From IMG/VR virus record IMGVR_UViG_3300036770_008166, positions 1-64,000 of that record: DNA of 64,000 nucleotides; one strand, given 5' to 3'. Each line of letters begins with the position of its first letter. Position 1 is the first letter of the stretch. The notes beneath the pieces were generated by a model. It saw only the letters and a program-made list of their open reading frames with translations, was not told the DNA's origin and searched no databases. A program made the position numbers and the translations under genes. Of this stretch, positions 44,846 to 55,005 are shown piece after piece. This DNA comes from a virus.

Positions 44846-47844
44846 ATCATCATGGCATATGCACTCAACCATGACCATTCGTAGCTCTTTTTTAATTCTG
44901 CGAAATCCCCGTCTACTTGATCGTAGTAGGCCAATGCATCTTGTGCGCCACAGGCGCTCCATGATGCGAAATTTCCTGCACCCTCAGAACACCAACGGCG
45001 GATACGATATTCGCTTTCCACGTCTGGCAAGCTGGCACGCAGCTTGAGTACTTCTCGGAAAGCTGTGCGCCATGTGGTCCAGGCATCCACATCGTAGCGA
45101 GCCACGCCTGACAGTATCGGCACCACTTCATGCGCATCATCTAGGGTAAAGTCTAGCCCGCGGCCAGGGTTTCTCAAGGTCAGTCGTCGGTTGTAGGCGA
45201 TCATGGCCTGGTGCCCGTACTCCAATTGATTCACAGGATTGTAGGCATGGAAGATGTAGTGTTTGGCCTGCTGCAGCCGATCTGGCTGCCATGCCCAGTC
45301 AAAATCGGCCATGACCTCCAGCTTGGCAAACACCGCAAAGAACCATGGCGTTTGGCTGGCATCAGCGGCAGCATGATAGGCAGCCACTCTGCCTTTGACT
45401 CCATCTACTCTTACACACCGATTTGGTTGCCCTTGCTTGTGATGCAGCAGCGCGCCCCAGTTCAGATCGGCATTGGCTTCCCCGTTGGATATGAATACTA
45501 TGTCCAAGGGCTCGCAGGCATTGTCGCCAAGGTGTGTTTTGTCGATCACAGCATAGTCATAGACCTGTTGTCGTATGCGACCTGTGACTTCTCTGGGCAC
45601 AATCACAGCACAGCTGCCTGGATCCAATGGAGTCACGGCCTTGACATCATCACGCCAGAGATTCACAGCGGGTATCCGAGCTGGTCGATCTTGCGTCGTA
45701 GTAAACAGCGTCAACGGCGCACGCAAAATAGCTGTTCGGATGGGCTCTACATGTGAATCTTCTTGATGTACCATCACTGGTATGGATCTGCGCGGCACAG
45801 ACACACTGACAAAATTCACATCGTACCATTCCAACAGTTTGCATTTGGCTGCTCGTTCTCGGAAAGTGGGCACATGCATGAAAAACGTATCGCCGAACTT
45901 TTGATCGTCCGAGGCAAATACATGCAGCATGCTAGCCTGCCATTGCTCAGGATACCATGTCCAATCAAATTTTGTGTAGTCACAGATACTGCTCACTATC
46001 CAGATCCATTCTGCATCAACTGTGGCAGCTACGCGACGCAGGGTGTCCAGATAGTTGTTCACATATCTCACACATTTTATCACGGGCACTGTTTTGACCA
46101 ATGCCTGTGCCAGTTCAGGCGCGTGTCCATCCAGATGATCCAACACTACCACAGGTGCCCGGCTGGCAACTACTTCTACTCGTACCTGCTCAACATACTT
46201 GCGTTCAGTGGCCCCTGGCACATGATATTCGGGCCCACCGGTTTTTTGATGTTGGCTACCAAACTCATAGATGAAAGGCTGCTCTGTGGCATCTGGATGC
46301 CAGGTCCAGTCAAAATCCGCTATTAGCGCGGCAAGATCTCCGGGCAATTGCCAGTACGGATCCTGCGAAGTTTTTCGGCATCTAAACGCCGATGCATATT
46401 TTACTTCTGTGGCTCTTGGCATATTGTACACTGCCCCGCCGGTCTTCTGCCACTGTGTACCAAACTGATAGATATAGGGCGGCGAACCTGGGTCAGGCCT
46501 CCAAGTGGTATCTACCGAATCCGGATCAATACCTTGGGGCACTGTCCAGGCAGCGGGATTTGGTAAAAGATTTGCTCGCACGTTTGCCACGTACTTGCGT
46601 TCAGTGGCTCCGGGCATCCGGTATTCCAGGGTGGGCCAGATTTCTGCCGGCCACCATTGATTACCGAACACATAGATATAGGGCGGATCTCCGGGATCGG
46701 GTTGCCACGAAGGATCCCAGACGCATGATTCTATAGGGTACCAATAATCATTGGGATTCCTAGTGAGCCTGGCCTGTGGCGAAGGCATGAACTTTCGCTC
46801 AGTGGCTCCGGGTACCCGGAATTCTACAGTGGGCATCTTTTCTGCTGGCCACCACTGATTTCCGAACACATAGATGTAAGGCGGATCTCCCGGATCTGGT
46901 TCCCAAGAAAAATCAAACTCACAATCTATCAGTACCTGAAACAAGGATGGATCAGATTGGCGCTGTGCTCGAGGAGCGGCAAGATATTTTGTTTGCGTGG
47001 CTCCGGGCACAGTGTACATGGCACTGATCCTTTTTTCAGCTGGCCACCACTGATTGCCAAACACATAGGTCATGGGTGGATCGCTGGGATCGGGCCGCCA
47101 ACGGCGCACAGGATCATCGGCCGCAAGATCGTCTAAGATTCGCATGCCTTGATCAGGCCGGGTACGAACAGAAAAATCTGTCGCATATTTTATTTGTGTA
47201 GCACCGGGCACATGATACTGTGCACCACCTGTGCGGTTCCATCCCCACTCTACCGGAAATTCATAGATATAGGGTGGTGCGACAGGATTAGGAACCCATG
47301 ATCTGTCGATGCTGTCTGGATCGATCCAATCTGGTATGTGCCACAGTGCAGGATCGCTGCGTGTGCGGTAAGTGACCAAATCGCTATGTTTGACTTGTGT
47401 GGCTCCCTCGACACGATAGACCACGCCACCGATGTTGTCCCAATGCCACGGTGACGCAAAATGCCACACATAGGGCGGGTCTGCTGGATCTGGATGCCAG
47501 GAGAAATCCACAGATTCTGGGTCCACATACGGAGGCACTTCCCATGCAGCAGGATCCGGCCTTCGTTGGATGGTGTTGGCATGATAGTGGGTATCAACAT
47601 AGCCTGCAGCCGGAACAAGATATATACCGGCATCTTTTTGATGCTGGCTGGCCCAGGCATGCCGTTGGGTGGCCTGCCATGGTGGTGGTTCCCAAAGCCA
47701 ATCCCAGTCAGTGAGATCCGCTAAGTAATGCACCCACCAAAAAAATCTAGTTCGAGCCCGTGACTGTGCATCCGTTATACTTTCAGCAGACTGTTCATGC
47801 AGACCTAACCGCGGTGATCGACCATGATAAAAAATATCAAACAT
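44812..47844 (-). CDS. large W/P-rich repeat protein with C-terminal GT-A-like domain
   Basis: About 7 clear and 3 degenerate W.PDP.DPPYIY.FG.QW...PGAT..KY repeats; C-terminal DIVFISNGE...RVDGVKG..AAY.AAA. Confidence 0.7.
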   Translation of the reverse strand: MFDIFYHGRSPRLGLHEQSAESITDAQSRARTRFFWWVHYLADLTDWDWLWEPPPWQATQRHAWASQHQKDAGIYLVPAAGYVDTHYHANTIQRRPDPAAWEVPPYVDPESVDFSWHPDPADPPYVWHFASPWHWDNIGGVVYRVEGATQVKHSDLVTYRTRSDPALWHIPDWIDPDSIDRSWVPNPVAPPYIYEFPVEWGWNRTGGAQYHVPGATQIKYATDFSVRTRPDQGMRILDDLAADDPVRRWRPDPSDPPMTYVFGNQWWPAEKRISAMYTVPGATQTKYLAAPRAQRQSDPSLFQVLIDCEFDFSWEPDPGDPPYIYVFGNQWWPAEKMPTVEFRVPGATERKFMPSPQARLTRNPNDYWYPIESCVWDPSWQPDPGDPPYIYVFGNQWWPAEIWPTLEYRMPGATERKYVANVRANLLPNPAAWTVPQGIDPDSVDTTWRPDPGSPPYIYQFGTQWQKTGGAVYNMPRATEVKYASAFRCRKTSQDPYWQLPGDLAALIADFDWTWHPDATEQPFIYEFGSQHQKTGGPEYHVPGATERKYVEQVRVEVVASRAPVVVLDHLDGHAPELAQALVKTVPVIKCVRYVNNYLDTLRRVAATVDAEWIWIVSSICDYTKFDWTWYPEQWQASMLHVFASDDQKFGDTFFMHVPTFRERAAKCKLLEWYDVNFVSVSVPRRSIPVMVHQEDSHVEPIRTAILRAPLTLFTTTQDRPARIPAVNLWRDDVKAVTPLDPGSCAVIVPREVTGRIRQQVYDYAVIDKTHLGDNACEPLDIVFISNGEANADLNWGALLHHKQGQPNRCVRVDGVKGRVAAYHAAADASQTPWFFAVFAKLEVMADFDWAWQPDRLQQAKHYIFHAYNPVNQLEYGHQAMIAYNRRLTLRNPGRGLDFTLDDAHEVVPILSGVARYDVDAWTTWRTAFREVLKLRASLPDVESEYRIRRWCSEGAGNFASWSACGAQDALAYYDQVDGDFAELKKSYEWSWLSAYAMMIHPELVTQSRT

Positions 47845-48937
47845 GATCAGGATAGACGAACTTTATAATCACACCTTCTGGCCTTGGATCGAAAAAAACT
47901 GCCCTGGTACCAGAGTATTTTTTTGTGACCCGTTCGGTTATACCCAACCAGAAAATCTTTTCAATCATGGCAGCGATCTCATCCAGGAAGCTGACTATGT
48001 TTTTTTCCATGATCAAGAACCTATCCAGATAGAAGCTCACCGTGCGTTGTTTGATGATGTGGTGCGCAGGAACATGGACATCCAGCCCGCACCTCAGGGT
48101 CGTGTGGTGGTGAGTGAAAAGGGAGATCATGTTGCTGAACTGTGCGATATTTACGGTTGGAAGTCCAGTTATTATTTTTTCCACGGATGGGCCTGTCTTG
48201 ATTGGTATCGCGGATATGACCGCACGTTCCTTTTTCCGCCGCCTGACAGTCGCCGCCGGCCCACACGCACTTTCATGAGTCCCAATCGCATCGTCGGAGG
48301 ACAGAGAGATCATAGGGTTCTTTTCATTTATCACTGTATCAAAAAAAATCTTTTGCAAAACAATATATCTGCTCCAAAAATCTGCCCACATGAAAACGTT
48401 CACATCAAAGATCTGGCTCTGCGTTATGTTAACACATATCCTGACATTGTGCAAGCACTCCAATCTGCCGAGCTACCTTGGTTATTTCCTGACGAAGTCA
48501 CACAGGAAATGACCAGCTGCTGGTTGGACAATTTTGATGTGGCCATGGACAGCATGATCTATGTGCCTACAGAAACTGTGTATTTTGGCAATCGCACTCA
48601 TCTCACTGAAAAAACTTTCAAGGCCATAGCATTGGGCATGCCATTCATTCTGATAGCGGCTGCTGGCAGCCTGGACTATCTCAAACACTATGGATTCCAG
48701 AGTTTTGGCACAGTTTGGGACGAAAGCTATGATCAAGAAACCAACGATCTACGACGTCTCGAGATGGTGACAGATCTTTTGCGTGACATAGAACAGCAGA
48801 GCGACCGAGAAAAACATCAGATCTGGCGCTATGCCATGCACGTGGCCCAGCACAACTGGAATCATTTTTATCATGGCGGTTTCGAACGGGTGCTCTGGCA
48901 GGAAATGACCAACATGCTGAGCGAGTTCAATGCTTAA
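47843..48937 (+). CDS. GT10-like 'ET...TEK' family protein
   Basis: VPTETVY...LTEKTFKAI...PF...GFQSF..VWDESYD. Confidence 0.6.
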   Translation: MIRIDELYNHTFWPWIEKNCPGTRVFFCDPFGYTQPENLFNHGSDLIQEADYVFFHDQEPIQIEAHRALFDDVVRRNMDIQPAPQGRVVVSEKGDHVAELCDIYGWKSSYYFFHGWACLDWYRGYDRTFLFPPPDSRRRPTRTFMSPNRIVGGQRDHRVLFIYHCIKKNLLQNNISAPKICPHENVHIKDLALRYVNTYPDIVQALQSAELPWLFPDEVTQEMTSCWLDNFDVAMDSMIYVPTETVYFGNRTHLTEKTFKAIALGMPFILIAAAGSLDYLKHYGFQSFGTVWDESYDQETNDLRRLEMVTDLLRDIEQQSDREKHQIWRYAMHVAQHNWNHFYHGGFERVLWQEMTNMLSEFNA

Positions 48938-50117
48938 CTTGGTCACCGATTCCATCATCAAGGGTCGTATCTATCCTGCAGGAGCTAAATGGCAGGCACG
49001 ACCTTACACCCAAGCCTGGCGACAGTTTGGCAATCATTGGCCCTATACCACGCCATTGCGCATGCAGGAGTATTGCGAACAACACGGCGTGGCTTTGAAT
49101 ATTTTTTACCCCGAACAGGTATTGCCGTCAAACACCTTTTACGCTGTATGTCTGGGTTTTTTTGATTTCTCCATAGACTATGTGAATCTGCTGCCAAAAA
49201 ACATAATGGCATTGCTCCGATCCAGCCGGATCAAACTGTTGTTCATGTATCATGAAGGGGACAATCCTTCACAAATCAAACAAAGATTAGATGCTCTATG
49301 CCAACTTCATGACCTCCCCAATCGTTGTTATGTGTTTGTGAGCTCTAATTCATCCGCGGCACGTTTACCAGGGTTTGTGCATTTTGATGATTTTGAGCTC
49401 TGGTATTGGCAACGCAATCGTGATCAAGTGGCCACAGAGATACACCGCGGGGCAAGGCCATATGATTTCACCGTACTGTGTCGCGAACACAAATGGTGGA
49501 GGGCCACAGTGATGGCGGATCTCTGGCGACATCATCTACTGGATCGCAGCCTCTGGAGCTACTGCCATACACCAGACGACGATAATGATCATGACTGTCC
49601 TATCGAAATAGATCGCATATCTCAGCTGAGATACCATCGCGCAAAATTTTTAGAGATCTTGCCCAAATTTTGCGACAGTCTGACCGATCATCAAAGGAAC
49701 GATCATTCACAATCTCCTGAATCTTTGTTTTCCCAGTCTTATATGAATGTGATAATTGAGAGTCAGTTTGATGTCGACAACAGCAGCGGAGTTTTCCTTA
49801 CTGAAAAAACATTCAAACCCATCAAACACGGACAACCTTTTTTCATTGCTGGTGCTGTAGGCAGTTTGCAACAACTGCGTGCGTTGGGCTACAGGACGTT
49901 TGATTCCGTGCTAGACAATGCTTATGACGAAGAGCGTGATCATACCCAGCGGTGGTGCCTGCTGCTACAGGCTATCCAGCGTGCCTACAAAATTGGTCTA
50001 GATCGTATCTTTGCTGCCTGCCTGCCAGACATTGAACACAATCAACAGCTATTCTTGCAACACAAAAAAGACAGATTAAATACCGCGATACAACAGATCA
50101 ATGACCAATACTGTTAA
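48930..50117 (+). CDS. GT10-like 'ES...TEK' family protein
   Basis: VIIES...LTEKTFKPI...PF...GYRTF..LDNAYD. Confidence 0.6.
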   Translation: MLNLVTDSIIKGRIYPAGAKWQARPYTQAWRQFGNHWPYTTPLRMQEYCEQHGVALNIFYPEQVLPSNTFYAVCLGFFDFSIDYVNLLPKNIMALLRSSRIKLLFMYHEGDNPSQIKQRLDALCQLHDLPNRCYVFVSSNSSAARLPGFVHFDDFELWYWQRNRDQVATEIHRGARPYDFTVLCREHKWWRATVMADLWRHHLLDRSLWSYCHTPDDDNDHDCPIEIDRISQLRYHRAKFLEILPKFCDSLTDHQRNDHSQSPESLFSQSYMNVIIESQFDVDNSSGVFLTEKTFKPIKHGQPFFIAGAVGSLQQLRALGYRTFDSVLDNAYDEERDHTQRWCLLLQAIQRAYKIGLDRIFAACLPDIEHNQQLFLQHKKDRLNTAIQQINDQYC

Positions 50118-51129
50118 TTCCTATACCAGCTGGCAACCGTTGGAGACCGTGATAGTGGGCAGAGCATACAGCCCCGACTACTTTGACTTCATCGATGATG
50201 TCCAGGTCAGGAACCAACTGCAACAGATCTTGACCGAGACCGAAGAAGATCTGGACAATCTCGCACGTGTGATCCAGAGTTTTGGTGCCGAAGTGCTGAG
50301 GCCAGATCTCCCTGACAAAGATCAGTTCGTGTGGTTCCAGACCGAAGGTGGAGGTGCACCGCTACCACCACTGACACCCAGAGACTGGCAGATTACCTTG
50401 GGTGATCGGTTATTGCGTGTATTGGCCATGCCCGAACTGGACAGCATTTGCGACAGATATGGTGATCAGGTAATCAATCCGCACCGTGAGCAATGGGACG
50501 CAGATTGCATCTTGAATGGAGCATCAGCATCTTGTATTGTGCGAGTAGGGCGTGACGTATTTTTTGATAATTCTGATTTCCTACGCCCGGAGCAAACTCA
50601 ATGGATAGTGGACAACGTGCTGGATTCTCGCTATCGAGTCCACGAAGCAGTAACAGATGGTCACGGGGATGCTGTGTTTGCTATACTGAAACCCGGAGTC
50701 ATACTTTCCAGCAAACATGATGTCAATCTAGATCTTGCCAGAGACTTCCCAGGATGGGATGTGTGCAAAATCTGGGATGCCAGCATCTGGGCGGCCATGG
50801 AAGTAGGGAAATTCAAATACGAATCTAACCCCGGAGCATGGTATGTGCAAGGCCAGACACCCACCGCAGAGTTTACCCAGTTTGTTGACACCTATCTCGC
50901 CAAGTGGACTGGCTTTGTGGCAGAAACTGTGTTTGATGTAAACTGCCTGGTGTTAGACGAGAACCATGTGATATTCAGCGCCTATAATCGAGATGTTTTT
51001 GAGTTTTGCAAACGGCATCGCATAGAACCAATCATCTGCGAATTGCGTCACAGTTATTTCTGGGACGGTGGTATCAGTTGTTGCACGCAGGATCTTTGTC
51101 GTCGTGGCGGTCTTGAAACTTATCTATAG
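50101..51129 (+). CDS. amidinotransferase (glycine/inosamine-phosphate amidinotransferase-like)
   Basis: VNSYTSWQPLETVIVG, TPRD, HGD, DVN.L and DGGISCCT.DL.R pentein motifs. Confidence 0.75.
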   Translation: MTNTVNSYTSWQPLETVIVGRAYSPDYFDFIDDVQVRNQLQQILTETEEDLDNLARVIQSFGAEVLRPDLPDKDQFVWFQTEGGGAPLPPLTPRDWQITLGDRLLRVLAMPELDSICDRYGDQVINPHREQWDADCILNGASASCIVRVGRDVFFDNSDFLRPEQTQWIVDNVLDSRYRVHEAVTDGHGDAVFAILKPGVILSSKHDVNLDLARDFPGWDVCKIWDASIWAAMEVGKFKYESNPGAWYVQGQTPTAEFTQFVDTYLAKWTGFVAETVFDVNCLVLDENHVIFSAYNRDVFEFCKRHRIEPIICELRHSYFWDGGISCCTQDLCRRGGLETYL

Positions 51130-51332
51130 GTCTTTCTACCCCATTGAACTAGGTTCCAGATCCGCTCGTGAAAATAATACAAGATTGTATTAGCTATCAA
51201 CTGGATCATAGCAATTGTACCCGCGGTTCCAATGCTGCCGCCAATAATCCACGCTATAACGAACGTAGCAAAACTGCCCGTGAACCGCCAGGTCAAGGCC
51301 TTCGCTATGCTACGACCACGTGTGTCATTCAA
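51120..51332 (-). CDS. DUF2061-like small membrane protein
   Basis: RSIAKALTWR...YYFHERIW...WG. Confidence 0.75.
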   Translation of the reverse strand: MNDTRGRSIAKALTWRFTGSFATFVIAWIIGGSIGTAGTIAMIQLIANTILYYFHERIWNLVQWGRKTYR

Positions 51333-52158
51333 GTCCCATCTCTTTTCTTATCTTCGTGGCGGAAATAGCGTGTGTAGCATCGTCAAATCTTTCTTGCTCT
51401 ATCCGGTAACCCACGTCTCTACCGTAAGTTATATTGACGATGTTGGGCACTACCTGGATCTCATATTGTCCTTGATAGAGAGGGTCCAGGTCTCGCCTGA
51501 TAGCGTCTTTTACTGTAGACCACGAAAAAGGATTTGACTGATTCCAGCCCTGGCAATCACGGATCATGATACAGACTTGTCCGGTTTTCGCTATGGCTCG
51601 CTCAAACAATGCCCTGTGGCCGGCATGCCAAGGTTGCCAGCGACCCAACATCTGTACAGTTTCTTTCTTCCAGTCAAACACCGGCCTGCGGCGCCGTTCC
51701 AGGATATGCTCGCCCACGAATTCTGCCCACTTCTCGGCACGCTGTTCCGTGATGCGGAAGTCATACACTTCAGGTGGCACAAACATTCGGTTTGTGTCCA
51801 CAAATCTGCCAGCATCAATGGTATCCATCCATATAGTCCAATCGGCTTTGAAATTGTGACGCATCTCGGCCAAGGGTGCCACGAAGTCCACTACAACAAA
51901 ATCGGCCCAACTTTTGCCTGCCAATTCACGCATGCGATGGCTCTGACGTATGCGACCGTCTTGGCTGAAATCCCAGTCATTGAATCTTTGCCGGACCTCG
52001 TCGGCATTGAACCGTTCCACTGTTGCTCGACTGTCAAATAGACTTTCAGACTCGGAATGGTAAAAATCACTGTGAGCCTCGAGATATTGTTTGAGGTGGT
52101 CCGCAAAATAGGTTTTACCTGATCCTGGCAGACCCATTACTAGTATTTTTTGTGTCAT
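51325..52158 (-). CDS. APS-kinase-like domain fused to a cytidylyltransferase-like (HxGH) domain
   Basis: MGLPGSGKT, NADEVR..DWDFS..GR.RQ, then LGRWQPWHAGH...ISATKIR. Confidence 0.8.
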   Translation of the reverse strand: MTQKILVMGLPGSGKTYFADHLKQYLEAHSDFYHSESESLFDSRATVERFNADEVRQRFNDWDFSQDGRIRQSHRMRELAGKSWADFVVVDFVAPLAEMRHNFKADWTIWMDTIDAGRFVDTNRMFVPPEVYDFRITEQRAEKWAEFVGEHILERRRRPVFDWKKETVQMLGRWQPWHAGHRALFERAIAKTGQVCIMIRDCQGWNQSNPFSWSTVKDAIRRDLDPLYQGQYEIQVVPNIVNITYGRDVGYRIEQERFDDATHAISATKIRKEMGLE

Positions 52159-53639
52159 GAAAATACCTTTACGTTATAAAGTTGTTGAAATTTGTCAGCA
52201 TCCTCGCGATCATTGACCATGGGTTCGCCACGGATGTTGAGGCTGGTGTTCAGCAGCATGGGACAACCAGTGAGCGCATACCAAGCTTCCAGCAGCCTTC
52301 GTATGCCAGATCCATCCTGCGGCACAGTCTGCACACGCGCTGTACCATCCGCATGCGTAATTGCTGGGAATGATCGCGCGTCTCGTACCCGGGCCACGGT
52401 CTGCATGTATCTGCTGGTGGTAAAACCGCGTGGCATGTCAAAATAGTCCGTGACATGCTCTTCCAGGATGGCAGGAGCGAAAGGTCGGAACTTTTGCCTG
52501 CGTTTGATCTCGTTCACTCGATCTTTGATTTCCGGTCCTCTGGGGTCTGCGAGCAGACTGCGATTGCCCAATGCGCGCGGACCAAACTCAGCACGGCCGC
52601 TAGCCACACCAGCAATAGCATGGGCACAGAGATGATCAACAACAGCACGCACAGGATAAGGCCCAGGGATATCATGGCCAAGATAAGCATGGCGCCACCT
52701 AAGTCTTCCGCCATGAGAAAGAGCCGCTGCGCCCAAGCTTGACCCTGCGTCTCCGGGGTTGGGCATGATCCAGATGTTTTCATAGATATCTCCTATTCTT
52801 GCGTTGGCCACACAGTTCAGGGCCACTCCGCCCATGTATACCAGATTATCACTGCTCACAAGGCTGCGGGCCCGTATCATGACATTGCGTATCATCTGTT
52901 CCGTGAGATGTTGTGCAGCCGCGGCCAAATCTTCGGGCTTGTAGAAATCAAGTTCGTACTCGTCAAATCCTATGTGCAGATTGCGTCGCATGGTCAGATC
53001 GATCATGCTTTCCACGCATTGATCTCGCAGCCAGGCAGTGCCGAGACCATTGCCATAGGCTGCCATGCCCATGGTGATGTATTCTTCTTCCATGGGTTTA
53101 AGTCCCACAGCCCGGGTTATGGCGCTGTAAAACAATCCAATGCTGTGCGGATAACCTTGGCGCCACACGCGCCGATAATGTGCGCGACCACGCTCATCAT
53201 ACCAGGCTCGAAATATACTGATGGTGTCCATCTCTCCGATGGCATCTATGACCACTACCGCAGCATCTCGGAACGGCGAAGTTTGGAATCCTGCAGCGGC
53301 ATGGCTGAGATGATGCGGCCACGAGCGTTCACGATTGGCCGCACGCTGATACCAGGCACCTAGATGCCGTCTGATGGCTTGACCGGTGGTCCAAGGACCA
53401 TACTGTCTCTGGCCGCTGCGCCATTGTTGCCAGTTGTGCAACCATGGACGTTCATAGAATGCCACATCGTTTATGTCAAAATCGCAGCATTCACGCAAAA
53501 GGTCTGGATGTATGTTTGGATCATTCTTGATCTTGCTGTATCTCTCTGAATGGCCGGCAAATAGGATATCCCCTCGATCACTCAGCACAGTCACGGCAGC
53601 ATCATGAAATCCTGCGCTGATGCCTAGTATGGTTTTCAT
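52155..53639 (-). CDS. carbamoyltransferase (NodU/CmcH/TobZ family)
   Basis: FHDAA, ERY, HHLSHAA, GGVALN, GDAG, EFGPRALGNRS, FRPFAP and LNTSLN..GEP. Confidence 0.92.
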   Translation of the reverse strand: MKTILGISAGFHDAAVTVLSDRGDILFAGHSERYSKIKNDPNIHPDLLRECCDFDINDVAFYERPWLHNWQQWRSGQRQYGPWTTGQAIRRHLGAWYQRAANRERSWPHHLSHAAAGFQTSPFRDAAVVVIDAIGEMDTISIFRAWYDERGRAHYRRVWRQGYPHSIGLFYSAITRAVGLKPMEEEYITMGMAAYGNGLGTAWLRDQCVESMIDLTMRRNLHIGFDEYELDFYKPEDLAAAAQHLTEQMIRNVMIRARSLVSSDNLVYMGGVALNCVANARIGDIYENIWIMPNPGDAGSSLGAAALSHGGRLRWRHAYLGHDIPGPYPVRAVVDHLCAHAIAGVASGRAEFGPRALGNRSLLADPRGPEIKDRVNEIKRRQKFRPFAPAILEEHVTDYFDMPRGFTTSRYMQTVARVRDARSFPAITHADGTARVQTVPQDGSGIRRLLEAWYALTGCPMLLNTSLNIRGEPMVNDREDADKFQQLYNVKVFS

Positions 53640-53777
53640 GTTGCAATCTTTTCATGATATGCTGTCTTTCTTGATCGCTATAACTGGTCCACGATGCGAT
53701 TTCTTGCAAGGTCTTTCCTCCACATCCGAGGCAACGATTGTTGGCATTTGAAAGAGCTTGATACACGACGTGATCAT
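53602..53777 (-). pseudogene. degenerate DUF1289-like gene
   Basis: RCLGCGGKTLQEIASW..YSDQER is out of frame with the coupled start MITSCIKL. Confidence 0.35.
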
Positions 53778-53875
53778 TTATAGATGAATGGATCTCGTTT
53801 GCGCAATTCCTTCAGTTTTTTGCGATACCGTATTTCAAGACGTATACGATCTATGATTTTTTTGATCCAATTCAT
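53774..53875 (-). CDS. 33-aa basic protein MNWIKKIIDRIRLEIRYRKKLKELRKRDPFIYK
   Basis: GAGGAG RBS; coupled to the upstream stop. Confidence 0.6.
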   Translation of the reverse strand: MNWIKKIIDRIRLEIRYRKKLKELRKRDPFIYK

Positions 53876-55005
53876 TTCTGTCTCCTCAGGGCCATTTCCT
53901 GTATTTGCCGATGCTGATAATCTCGATCACTCCAGTGATACGGATACTCGTTTGACGCATCATTGGTACGGATAGCCAACACGTCTGTGTAGTTAGTCAA
54001 CATTTGCACTATGGTTGCATGATCCTGGGTACCAAATGACGCTACAAGATCCACCTGGCCGATCTTGGGATGACCAATGGTGAGTTCTGGATCACCTGGA
54101 TCAAAACCATTGTGACTCAGCCAAGATCTAAAGTTTTGCAGCTGGGTTTGGCGCCACTCAAATTTTTGTGGATTCCGGCCCCATTCGATATCAAAGTCAC
54201 CCGCGGCTTCGGTCTGTCCACGCATGGTGGTACTGACCAATTCAGCAACGTTCCGTCCCTCATCACAGAAGACTTCCCAATGGTGTTTTCCAACAGCTTT
54301 GTTGACGCCAACATATACTGCTCCAGTATCGCGATTTAGGGTGCCAATACCGAACAGTTCAAAATCCTGTGAGTCAAGCGCAAATCTGGGTGCTTCTAGC
54401 CAACACATCAGTTGGCTAGGGCATAACCAATCTGGAGCTTCGCGCTGTTTTCGATAGCTCAGTGCCCAGGATTCAAATTCGTGACACAACAAATTCAACT
54501 GTCTGATATGCCATCTGGTGTCATCGTTGGCACGTAGATAAAATTTGCTGGGATTGCCACTGATACCTTGTAGATCTTCGAAATATCGATGCAACCAGTT
54601 AAGACGATCTTGTATGACGTTTCTACCGCAGGCACGTCCGTACCTGGGATCATCACTTATGGTGTTGGCCAGTAAAAATTCATCATCAATGCGATACCCT
54701 ATGTCAGCTTGGTTGATGGCCTGGATGCTCTGATTGATCCGGTCACAGATGAACGCACCATTTCTATCACTGTCTGGGAACCCCATGAAGCAAAAATTTT
54801 TTTCAAGATGGAAATTATCTCGCAACAAATGATTCAAAGCCTGCAACCATTTGCCGGCCAGAGAATTATCTGCAACATCTATGAAAATCGACAGTGGCAC
54901 CGACTGCCTATTACGCAGCACCATTTCGATTCTATCTAATGTTTTGCCACCATCCATATATGTCCTGATCTTGTTGTAAAATATCTTGCATGGTATATCG
55001 GTCAT
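53872..55005 (-). CDS. hypothetical protein (true start probably ~54930)
   Basis: Long ORF in the minus-strand operon; LN.LH.YFE and LN.LCHE.E. Confidence 0.65.
   Translation of the reverse strand: MTDIPCKIFYNKIRTYMDGGKTLDRIEMVLRNRQSVPLSIFIDVADNSLAGKWLQALNHLLRDNFHLEKNFCFMGFPDSDRNGAFICDRINQSIQAINQADIGYRIDDEFLLANTISDDPRYGRACGRNVIQDRLNWLHRYFEDLQGISGNPSKFYLRANDDTRWHIRQLNLLCHEFESWALSYRKQREAPDWLCPSQLMCWLEAPRFALDSQDFELFGIGTLNRDTGAVYVGVNKAVGKHHWEVFCDEGRNVAELVSTTMRGQTEAAGDFDIEWGRNPQKFEWRQTQLQNFRSWLSHNGFDPGDPELTIGHPKIGQVDLVASFGTQDHATIVQMLTNYTDVLAIRTNDASNEYPYHWSDRDYQHRQIQEMALRRQK

Noticed and set aside
44812-47844. DGR template/variable repeat pair within the repeat protein
   Set aside because: Differences between repeats are not visibly adenine-specific, and no RT is present in the window.
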